Positions 20,690-30,300 of a stretch of DNA of 64,000 nucleotides are shown here, piece by piece. The notes below the pieces were generated by a model. The model saw only the letters and a program-made list of their open reading frames with translations. It ran no database searches and had not been told where the DNA came from. The stretch's first letter is position 1, and each line of letters opens with the position of its first letter. The stretch lies in the sequence record DRR723986_2433; one strand, 5' to 3'. The position numbers were made by a program, and so were the translations under genes.

Positions 20690-22987
20690 ATGAAAAAGGC
20701 AATTGCATGGGGTTTGGGTATTGTGGTGGGCGTGCCAGTGGTATTGGCGGCTACCGCAGCAATCTTGGTGAATACCATTGACCAGCAGGCCTTGCTGAAC
20801 AAAGCCAGTGCGGTTGTCAAAGAAAAGCAGCAACGTGACTTGGCCTTCACCGGCCCTGTTCAGCTCAAGTGGTTCCCGTCAATTGGTGCCGATTTGACGG
20901 GTGTCACCCTTTCTGAATTCCAAAGTACCGATCAATTTTTGAAGGCTGACAAAGTCAGTATTTCACTGGCCTTGTTGCCGCTGCTAAGTTCAGAGGTGGT
21001 GGTTGACGCGGTACAAGCCAGTGGTGTCACCGTGAATGTGGTGAAAAATGCCGATGGCAAGTTCAACTTCGATGATTTGAGCAATCCTGAGAATAAAGAT
21101 GTATCCCAAGCTGAGCCTGAGCCAAATCCACAAGCCGATCAGCAGGCACTGAATTTTTCAGTGGATTCGGTTGCGCTTGAAAACCTGAATGTGACTTACG
21201 TCGACAAGCAGACGGGCCTGGAGGCCTCACTGAACAACTTCGCCATGCAAAGTGGTCGTATAGAGCCAGGTGTACCTACTGAGATTGAGTTGAACGGCAA
21301 TGTGAAGGCCAACAAGCCGCAAGCCGATTTGAACATCAACTTGAATACCCGCCTTGAGTTTGGATTGGGTGAAAATCTGTATGCGAACTTTGAGAACCTG
21401 AAGTTTGCCGTGTTGGGGCAACTGGATCAGCAACAGGCCGATGTGAATGTGCAGGCCAGTACCCTGAATGTGAACCCGAATACCTTGGAGTTGAAAGCAC
21501 AGTCGCTGGATGCCAAAGCCAAAGGCCAACTTCCGAACGTAGGTGCATTCGACGTCAGCCTGAGCTCGCCTTCTCTCGAACTCAGCGACACTGTGGCGCG
21601 TGGTGAGGCATTTAACTTCAAGGCTGACTTGAAGCAGCCCACGCGCAGTATCAATGCCACACTCGATTTAACCGGTTTGCAGGGCAACTTGAAGCAGGCG
21701 GTGTCTGCTGCCTTGACCACCACCCTGAACATGGTGGAAGGCGAGCGCACCGTGAATTTGCAGCTGGCCAGCCCCATGAGCTTGAACATGAAAAGCCAAT
21801 TGATTGAGTTGGCAGCTTTGACAGGTCAACTGGATGTGAAAGACCCGGCATTACCAAAAAAACAGGCCAGCATGCCTTTGGCAGGGCGCTTGGCGGTGAA
21901 CAACACGGAAAAAACTGCAGAGCTTGATTTGAACTCGAAATTTGAGGCCACCAGTTTTGATTTGAAAGCGGCCGTGAAGAATTTTGCCAAACCGGCGATC
22001 ACCGCTGTATTGAATGCCGACAAGCTGGACATTGATGCCTTGCTGCCACCCAAGAAAAACACAGGCACCGAGACCACGGCAAGTTCGGGTGAGCAAGCCA
22101 AAGACACGCCTGTTGACCTGAGCCCGTTGCGTCACTTGAATCTGGATGTGACCGCCAACATTGGCGAACTGAAAGTGTCGAATATTCAAGCCCAGCAATT
22201 GAAAACAAAGGCAGTGGCGCGAGGTGGCAAGCTGACGATCTCGCCGCTGGATGCAAAACTGTACGGAGGTTCGACCACAGGTGTAATCACAGCGGATGCG
22301 AATACTCAAACCGTGACCGTGAACCAGAACATGACCAGCGTACAAATTCAACCAGTGATCAAGGCGCTGCTGGACAAAGACATGTTGGAAGGCAAAGGCA
22401 ATGTGGGTATCAATATTCGAACCACAGGCAATACGGTGAATCAGATGAAAGCCGCGCTGGATGGCAAGGTTTCAGTCAGTCTTCAAGATGGTGCCATCAA
22501 AGGGATCAACCTGGCCGAGAGGTTCAGAAATGCAAAGTCGCTGTTAAGCAGTGGCAGTAACTCCACTCAAAAAACCGACACCACCCAGAAAACCGATTTC
22601 AGCTCAATGGCAGTCAGTTTTGACATTGCCAATGGCGTGGCCACTTCGAATGATTTGAATGTGATGGCTCCGCTGTTTCGAATTGGAGGTGCTGGGCAGG
22701 TGAATCTGGTCAAGAACAGCCTGGATTATCTGGCGCGAGCCTCAATCGTAGCCACCAGCACAGGGCAGGGCGGTAAAACGCTGGATTCTGGCTTGAATGG
22801 GGTCACCGTACCCGTTCGTTTGTACGGTCCGTTCACCGGGGTGCAATGGGAATTGCAGTTCAAGGATTTGGCCAAAGAAGCGGCCAAAGCCAAATTGCAG
22901 CCCAAAATTGATGAGAAAAAAGAAGAGTTGAAGGGCAAGGCTGAGGAAAAGGTAAAAGATGCATTGAAAGGTTTCCTCAATCGCTGA
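20690..22987 (+). CDS. asmA: AsmA family protein
   Basis: N-terminal TM anchor, beta-taco-like repeats, C-terminal TDFSSM...NDL...VPVRLYGP. Confidence 0.8.
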   Translation: MKKAIAWGLGIVVGVPVVLAATAAILVNTIDQQALLNKASAVVKEKQQRDLAFTGPVQLKWFPSIGADLTGVTLSEFQSTDQFLKADKVSISLALLPLLSSEVVVDAVQASGVTVNVVKNADGKFNFDDLSNPENKDVSQAEPEPNPQADQQALNFSVDSVALENLNVTYVDKQTGLEASLNNFAMQSGRIEPGVPTEIELNGNVKANKPQADLNINLNTRLEFGLGENLYANFENLKFAVLGQLDQQQADVNVQASTLNVNPNTLELKAQSLDAKAKGQLPNVGAFDVSLSSPSLELSDTVARGEAFNFKADLKQPTRSINATLDLTGLQGNLKQAVSAALTTTLNMVEGERTVNLQLASPMSLNMKSQLIELAALTGQLDVKDPALPKKQASMPLAGRLAVNNTEKTAELDLNSKFEATSFDLKAAVKNFAKPAITAVLNADKLDIDALLPPKKNTGTETTASSGEQAKDTPVDLSPLRHLNLDVTANIGELKVSNIQAQQLKTKAVARGGKLTISPLDAKLYGGSTTGVITADANTQTVTVNQNMTSVQIQPVIKALLDKDMLEGKGNVGINIRTTGNTVNQMKAALDGKVSVSLQDGAIKGINLAERFRNAKSLLSSGSNSTQKTDTTQKTDFSSMAVSFDIANGVATSNDLNVMAPLFRIGGAGQVNLVKNSLDYLARASIVATSTGQGGKTLDSGLNGVTVPVRLYGPFTGVQWELQFKDLAKEAAKAKLQPKIDEKKEELKGKAEEKVKDALKGFLNR

Positions 22988-23092
22988 GTTGCGCCGACAA
23001 ACCAACAAATAAAGGGGGGGCATGGGGCTAAGTGCTTTGTGAGCCAATAGTTTGCTAACATCAAGGCAAATTATTTCTACAACGGTGCCCCT

Positions 23093-24832
23093 GTGTCTGA
23101 ACCCGCTGACTTGCCAGTCATTGAGCTAAGTTACGCCATTGAGCTTTTGTCCAAAAAGCTCGAAATTCAGTCCGCCGAAGCTGAACAGTTAATTCGACTG
23201 GCAAAGCTGGTGCGCTTGCCTCGCGGCCAAACTTTGTTTGAACAAGGTCAGCCCAGCCATCATTTTTATCTCCTGTTGCAAGGTCAGTTAAAAGGGCAGC
23301 GTTTTCGCCCTGATGGTTTTCAAGACTTGACCCTTTCTTTTTTCCCGGGAGAAATGATCGGCGAGCTTGGTTTTTTTGATCAAGCCCCACGCACACTTTC
23401 AATCTCTGCTCGCAGAGACAGCGTATTACTTGAAATCGACCAAACTGCGCTCGAGAAGTTTGGTGAGTTCAGTCGCTCGGTTTATCACCACCTGATCCGA
23501 ATGCTGGTATCCCGTTTCAAGCGTGAACTTGGCTACAGTGGCCCCTTGAAGCAACACCAGTTCATTTTGTTTCAATCGTTTGTTCGCCCCGAGGGTTTGG
23601 GCACCCAGGCGGTTGAAGGCTTTCAGTCCGCCATGGCCCGGCATTGTGAGTTGCGACGCTGGAAACAGCTTGGTGAAGTAACCCCGCCGAGTTCTGTCAG
23701 TGCCAAAGACTGGGTGGTTGAAATGATTGAGACAGAACCTCTGGAAGCATTGGACGATCGTCTGATTGAAGAACTTGATTGCATGGTGGTCATGCTTTGC
23801 GCAAGCACCTTGAACGATTCGCGCAGTTGCGAGTTGCTGAAAGCGCAGTTGAAAAGCGCCGACGACGATTTGCCGGTTTGGTTTGTACTGGTGCATGAAG
23901 CGGCTTGGGTTGAGCAATCGGTGGTGGAGAGAATACGAAGTACTTTTGGCGGCGGTTTCAAGCTGTTGCATGTACGGCGTGGTCACCACTCTGACAACGC
24001 GCGCGTGGCACGGCATGTTTTGGGCCTCACCCTGGGCTTGGTACTGGGTGGTGGCGGTGCCCGTGGATTTGCACATGCCGGCTTTTTTCAGGCCCTCGAA
24101 GAGGCAGGTGTTGTAGTCGACTCAGTCGGCGGCACCTCCATGGGGGCTTTGGTGGGCGCACTCATTTCCTCCGGGCGCTCAGCGGCAGAGGTTAGCAAGG
24201 CGCTCGCCATCAGTTTCAAGAAAGGTTTGCCATTCAAACTGACAGACTACTGGATACCCAAACATGGCTTTGTGAAAAGCAAGGCTGTCGACGAGGTGTA
24301 TCAAAAAGCATTTGGTGATTCGTTAATTGAGGACCAGCCGATTCCGTTTTTCGCCATCAGTTGCAATTTGACGACGGGTAACCAGTTCCTGTTTGAACAA
24401 GGCCCGTTGTGGAAGGCTGTGCGCGCCAGTACTTCCATCCCGGTATTTTTTGAGCCATTCATGGCGGGCAGGCAGGTCATGGTGGATGGCGCCTTGGTGA
24501 ACAACGTACCGGTCGATTGCATGCGTGCCCGTGGTGCACGAAAAATTCTGACTGTCGATGTGGGTCTTGAAGAAGACATCACCGCGCACATGGTCAATGA
24601 CAGCAGTGTACAAATGCCCACCATGATGAAATCGCTCATGCGCGTCATAGAACTGGGTGGTATTGAGAAGTCACGGCAGGCCAAAGTGATCAGTGACCTG
24701 TATGTTCAACCCTCCATTGAAAAAATCGGATTGATGGAGTTTGAGCGAAGAGAAGAGATCGTTGCCTTGGGTTACGAGGCAGGGCGTCAGGCAATTCCGG
24801 ATATACTGGGCTTGCTTCACAAAACTACATAA
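23093..24832 (+). CDS. cNMP-binding domain + patatin-like phospholipase (NTE-like architecture)
   Basis: cNMP cassette IGELGFFDQAPRT; patatin GGGGARG, GTSMG, DGA motifs. Confidence 0.88.
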   Translation: MSEPADLPVIELSYAIELLSKKLEIQSAEAEQLIRLAKLVRLPRGQTLFEQGQPSHHFYLLLQGQLKGQRFRPDGFQDLTLSFFPGEMIGELGFFDQAPRTLSISARRDSVLLEIDQTALEKFGEFSRSVYHHLIRMLVSRFKRELGYSGPLKQHQFILFQSFVRPEGLGTQAVEGFQSAMARHCELRRWKQLGEVTPPSSVSAKDWVVEMIETEPLEALDDRLIEELDCMVVMLCASTLNDSRSCELLKAQLKSADDDLPVWFVLVHEAAWVEQSVVERIRSTFGGGFKLLHVRRGHHSDNARVARHVLGLTLGLVLGGGGARGFAHAGFFQALEEAGVVVDSVGGTSMGALVGALISSGRSAAEVSKALAISFKKGLPFKLTDYWIPKHGFVKSKAVDEVYQKAFGDSLIEDQPIPFFAISCNLTTGNQFLFEQGPLWKAVRASTSIPVFFEPFMAGRQVMVDGALVNNVPVDCMRARGARKILTVDVGLEEDITAHMVNDSSVQMPTMMKSLMRVIELGGIEKSRQAKVISDLYVQPSIEKIGLMEFERREEIVALGYEAGRQAIPDILGLLHKTT

Positions 24833-24862
24833 CAACGCAGTCGTCATTCTTACGAGGCTTTG

Positions 24863-25642
24863 ATGCAAAAACACTCTACGGTAGAGGTGTTGGGTTGCAG
24901 CGGCAGTATCGGTATTCCCGGACAAGGAACAACTAGCTTTCTGATCGACAGCGATATTTTGATCGATGCGGGCACAGGCCTGTGCGAACTTGATTTCGCC
25001 CGTCTCGAGCAAATTGAGCATGTATTGATTACCCATTCCCACCTGGACCACATTTGCGGTCTGCCCTTTTTGATCGACACGGTGGGTGTGGGGCGCAAAC
25101 GCCCACTGCGTGTTTACGCCACCCTCCCCACAATCAGGGCCTTGCAGCAACATATTTTCAATGAGGAAATATGGCCTGATTTCTCGAAAATTCCTACGGC
25201 AGAGAACCCGGTTCTGGAATATGTAGAGATACAACCGGAACAGGAACTGCTGTTCGGAGAACGCCGAATTACCACAGTGGAGGTGGATCACACCGTTCCA
25301 GCCGTGGGTGTTTTTTTGATTACACCCACCGGGGGTTGGTGCTTCTCCGGAGATACGCACCAAACAGACCGGTTATTCACTCTTATCAACCAGGCAAAAA
25401 AGGTAGATTATTTCTTTATCGAGGCTGCTTTTCCTGACAAAGAAAAATGGCTTGCAGATTTGGCCAAGCATTTGTGTCCAAGTTTGTTGTTTGGTGAGCT
25501 TCAAAAATTAAACGCAGCATGTGAAATCTGGATTAGTCACCTAAAACCCAGAGAGCACGACCAGATTCAAAAAGAGTTACAGCAGTATCCGGGAAGCCAG
25601 CCGCTGCGCATTCTATCGGCCGGAATGATTTTTAACATTTAA
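24863..25642 (+). CDS. Class II 3',5'-cyclic nucleotide phosphodiesterase (MBL fold)
   Basis: VLGCSG, IDAGTG, THSHLDH, FNEEIWPDF, HTVP, SGDT, SHLKP; no signal peptide, so cytoplasmic. Confidence 0.82.
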   Translation: MQKHSTVEVLGCSGSIGIPGQGTTSFLIDSDILIDAGTGLCELDFARLEQIEHVLITHSHLDHICGLPFLIDTVGVGRKRPLRVYATLPTIRALQQHIFNEEIWPDFSKIPTAENPVLEYVEIQPEQELLFGERRITTVEVDHTVPAVGVFLITPTGGWCFSGDTHQTDRLFTLINQAKKVDYFFIEAAFPDKEKWLADLAKHLCPSLLFGELQKLNAACEIWISHLKPREHDQIQKELQQYPGSQPLRILSAGMIFNI

Positions 25643-25660
25643 CGGTTACACCACATTTCT

Positions 25661-27304
25661 ATGAAATTCAAACTTTCCGCAGTCGCCTGCGCAGTGGTGC
25701 TGTTGGTCAATTCGCATTTGCAGTTCGCACATGCGCAGACCCCGGCTGAAAGCACGTCAAGTTCCATGTCCAGTGGCGACGAATATCAGGAACCCAGTTT
25801 TACAGTATCTGGTTTTGAAGTGGTGGGCCCCGAACTGGTGCCTCGTGCGCAGGTGATGTCTGTACTGGGCGGCTTTTCAGGCCGGGAAATTACTTTTTCC
25901 GATTTGCGAACTGCCACATCCGCTGTTGAGCAATTGCACGCCGAGGCGGGTTATGAAGTGGTTCGCGTACTGATTCCTGAACAGGAAATCAAGCCTGGCG
26001 AACGGCTTAAACTGCAAATTGTTGACGCGCGGCTGGATGTGATCACCGTGGCTGGTAATGACTATTTCACCGCGGAGTCGATTCAGGAAAGCCTGGTGGT
26101 GCTGAAACCGGGTGCCTTGATCAACACCGTGGACATGGATAAAAACCTGCGTTTGATCAATGACAACCCGGCGAAAATTGTGCGGGTACGCCTGGAGCCG
26201 AGTGACAAACCGGGCCTGGTGGATGCCAAAGTGCAGGTGTCGGATCAAAACCCTCTGGCAGCGTACCTGACACTGGACAATTCGGGTACCAATGCCACGG
26301 GTGATTTTCGGATGGGTTTGGCCCTGCAACACAACAATGCGTTCAACAGGGGGCACATGGCCTCGTTTCAATACGTGACTTCGCCTGGACGGTGGTCAGA
26401 TGTTGAAGTGTTCGGCCTGAATTACAAGGTGCCTTTTTATGGCCTGGACTCCATGCTGGAAATGGCTTACAGCGATTCCAACGTGGATGCGGGAAACATC
26501 GGTCTACCGGGAGGGGCCGCATTGTCTGTGGTTGGTGCCGGTACTTCGGCTGCAATTCGTTGGGTGAATTTGCTAGACCGTTTGGCCGGGTTTGATGCTC
26601 GTTTAACTTTCTCTCATGAAATTAAACAGTTTGTTAGTGATGTGAGAATTGTTGGTGGGGCGAAAGTTCCGATTCCTAATCTCGAAAGCAGACCCGTTGG
26701 CGTGTCGTATTCACTCTCCGAGGCATTTGATTCGCGGCAACGTGCTTTTCAGATTGGATATTTCAAAAATTACGTCACGGGTGGCAACAATTCGACCGCC
26801 CAGTACCAAATGACCAACCCGGCTGCTGAAGCCAATTTCGACGTGATTCGAGCCAATGCGAGTTGGTCAGAGCAGGTCATGCCCGGCTGGCGCCTGACTG
26901 CGCAGCTGGATGCGCAACACACCGATTACTCACTGATTCCCGGTGAACAATTTGGTGCGGGGGGAGTGTATTCAGTGCGCGGTTTCGAGGAACGGGTGAT
27001 TTCCGCAGACCGGGGAACCCGACAGTCACTTGAATTGATGGGGCCGAACGTCAGCAAAAGTTTCGGCAACTTGTTTGAACGTTTGCAGTTTGTCGGTTTT
27101 GTTGATGCGGCGCAGTTGAAATTCAACAACCCTGTGTTTGGCTCTCCAGTTGAGCCGCACCTCATGTCTTATGGTGTGGGTGCCCGTTTTGCCTTCTCGC
27201 CCAAGCATCAATTCCGAGTTGACCTGGCCAAGGTTGTGTCAGGTGTGCCTATTCAACCGCATGGTGACGTCATGTTGCACGTCACATTTGCCACTTCTCT
27301 GTAA
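25661..27304 (+). CDS. TpsB (ShlB/FhaC/HecB) two-partner secretion transporter
   Basis: Signal peptide, two POTRA-like segments, LDNSG, loop-6 motif SVRGF, SYGVGARF. Confidence 0.9.
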   Translation: MKFKLSAVACAVVLLVNSHLQFAHAQTPAESTSSSMSSGDEYQEPSFTVSGFEVVGPELVPRAQVMSVLGGFSGREITFSDLRTATSAVEQLHAEAGYEVVRVLIPEQEIKPGERLKLQIVDARLDVITVAGNDYFTAESIQESLVVLKPGALINTVDMDKNLRLINDNPAKIVRVRLEPSDKPGLVDAKVQVSDQNPLAAYLTLDNSGTNATGDFRMGLALQHNNAFNRGHMASFQYVTSPGRWSDVEVFGLNYKVPFYGLDSMLEMAYSDSNVDAGNIGLPGGAALSVVGAGTSAAIRWVNLLDRLAGFDARLTFSHEIKQFVSDVRIVGGAKVPIPNLESRPVGVSYSLSEAFDSRQRAFQIGYFKNYVTGGNNSTAQYQMTNPAAEANFDVIRANASWSEQVMPGWRLTAQLDAQHTDYSLIPGEQFGAGGVYSVRGFEERVISADRGTRQSLELMGPNVSKSFGNLFERLQFVGFVDAAQLKFNNPVFGSPVEPHLMSYGVGARFAFSPKHQFRVDLAKVVSGVPIQPHGDVMLHVTFATSL

Positions 27305-27315
27305 GGAAAGACACC

Positions 27316-30300
27316 ATGAAATCCAATCGTCTTTCGAGCCTTGGTGCAAATACACAGTTTCGGCGTAAAGCGGTGGCCTTGGGTGTTGCCATGGCCATAG
27401 CCAGTTCGGCTTATGCCAATCCCACTGGAATGTCGGTGGTTGCAGGGCAGGCCACCGCGCAAACCATGGGTAATCTGATGCAAATTACCAATACGCCAGG
27501 TGCCATTTTGAATTGGCAACAGTTCAATATTGATGTTGGGCAAACCACTCAGTTTATTCAACAGAATGCGGCCAGCCAGGTTTTTAACCGCGTTACCGGT
27601 GGTGATGTGTCCCAAATTCTTGGCACGTTGCAAAGCAACGGGCAAGTATTTTTGATCAACCCGGCGGGCGTGTTTTTTGGTCAGGGCGCTGTGGTGGATA
27701 CCGCAGGCTTTTTGGCCAGTACACTCGCAGCGTCTGACACCGATTTGTTGAACGGACATTTGCGTTTCAACGATTCCACGGGAACAGCGGGCAACATCGT
27801 CAACCAGGGCTCATTGACCACGCATTCGGGTGGCTCCATTGTTCTATTGGCCCCCAGTATTGAAAACAGCGGCATTATTCATGCAGACGGAGAGGTGCTT
27901 TTGGCTGCTGGTCATAGTGTGACCATTGTGGACATGAAGCATCCCACCATTGGTTTGACCGTTGCTTCCAAGAGCGGCGACAAAGCTGTGAACCTGGGTC
28001 AAATCATCAGTAAAAATGCCTCCCTGTTTTCGCATTTGGTGAAAAACAGTGGCGTGGTTGAAGCCACGAGTGCACAGGTGGGCGAGGGCGGTGTTGTTCG
28101 GTTCATCGCCCAAGGCGATGCATTGGTGGGTGGGCAGGTTCTTGCCGAAAGTACCCAGGGCCAAGGTGGTGAAATTGACATCACCGGCCAACGCGTGGCG
28201 GTGCTGAGCGGTGCCCGCATTTCTGCGGATGGCGCCACAGGCGGCGGCACAGTGCATGTGGGCGGTGGCTGGAAAGGGCAAGATGACAGCTTGGCGAATT
28301 CGCAGCAAACGGTGGTGCAGGCCAATACGCATATTTCTGCGAATGCCACAGTCAACGGCAACGGTGGTGAGGTGGTGGTGTGGGCCGACGGGCACACGGC
28401 CGTTGATTCTGAAGTGCAAGCCAAGGGTGGCGCACTGGGGGGAAATGGTGGTCGGGTAGAAACCTCGGGCAAGCAAAGCCTGGCAGTGAATGTGGCTGCG
28501 AACACCTCGGCAGCCAAGGGTGAGGCAGGGCAGTGGTTGATTGATCCCGCCAATTTGACGATTGTGGATCAAATTCCTCAAGGTGGTTTTAATCTGGAGA
28601 ACAGCTCTCAAAGCCCGTTTTTTTCTACTGACGATATCTCGTCAACCTTCTCGCCGACTGAGTCATTTCTCTTGAACAGTACCGTAGTGGATGGTTTGGA
28701 AAACAACGGTTTTGTACAAATTTATACCACTGGTACGCAACCAGGCGACGGTAATTTGACCATTGCGGCTCCTGTCCTGATTGACCAGAACAACTCTCAA
28801 TCGACCGGTATCAATCCAGAACTATTTCTGGAAGCGAAAGGCGAAATCAACATTGACGCCGCTGTGGGCTTGATGCCCGGGCAGCAAGTGTTTGATGGGT
28901 TCGATTTGTTCCTGAGTTATGACATTGCCAAACCGGTGTATGTCGATGCTCCGCTGTACCTGGGCAACAGCGGCAATTTGATTTTGTCGCCATACGATAC
29001 TGGTACGGCTTTGCCCACCAACACAATGGGCCAGTTGCCACTCGACGGCGTGAATTTGCTGTCGGGAATGAATACTGGCTCAAGTGGCCCGTTGGCACTT
29101 AATCGAATCACTGTAACCAGCGCAGTGGCCACGGATCCGATGACCCAGCAAAGTTATATTGTCAGTCCGGAGAAAACAGTAAAACTCAATGTACTGGGTG
29201 CAAACCTTCAGGTGAATCAATTAAGCCTGTTTGGAAGTGAGGTAACCCCTGCCACTGACATTCGCGTTGGCGTAGACAATTTTGAGTTACCAACACCCAT
29301 TCAAGGGAATTTGCAGTACAACTCTCTGGACGCGAATAGCTTGACCGTAGAGGCAGGCAGTACTGTGTCAACTTTCACGCTATTTGATCCGGAATTGTCA
29401 TTTGATTTGAATCCAAATACCAGTTTGAATCGCCTGATCTCCAGTGGTACGGTCAATTTCAACGGTGGCTTCAACGACATTGTCGAGATTGACACCAATG
29501 CAGGTACTTTGAATTTTTCAAACAGCGCCGGCAGCAGCAGTTCTCCTTTTGGCTTCTACCAAATTGGCGATATTGATGCAGGTACCGGTAGCACCATTAA
29601 TCTGGTGGGCTCCAGTTTGTACTATCAGAAAGCAATCCTCAACGGCACATTCAACATGATGTCCAACGAGTTTGGCTCATCCTCTTTCCTGAGTGCGATT
29701 GATACTGATTTAAACGGAAGTTTCAACTTTGGCCCGGGTTTCAACAACGCCAGTTTCCAGGCGTTGGGCATGGGCGCCAATTCCCGAATTAACCTGGCAG
29801 CAGGTTCTTTTCTTGAATTAGGGCGTGCTTTCAATTCTTCATCTTCAGGACCAAGTGTTACTCCCATGGTTCCGGAAAAGCAGCCTGGTGCCTATATTTC
29901 CAGTACCCAAGGACAGTTTGTGGCCCAACAGGGTGCGCGTATTGTCATGAACGGCGCCGCCACGGATGACTTTATTCACTCCATGCCGCCGCTGCAAACC
30001 AGCGAGTCTTCAAGCTTTTCCTCTGGAGGGGCAGTAGTTGACATCACCGGCCTGGATGGGCGTCTGGAGGCACCGGTGACCATTGAAGTCAATGGTTTCT
30101 TGAATTCCATCCAAACCAGCACCGAGAACTTCGACCTCAACTCAGAGGTCAGCATGTCAACTCCCATCAACACCATGGTGATTCAGTCTGCAAACATTCA
30201 AGTCAACGCCGGAGGCGACGGACGCTCTCTCAGAATCGGCGAGGTACAGTTCTCGCAGCCGCTGAATACCGATTTTCAACCTGTTGTTGATCTGGATTTC

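Noticed and set aside
23014-23020. G7 run upstream of operon A as a phase-variation tract
   Set aside because: Too short to distinguish from chance without population read data
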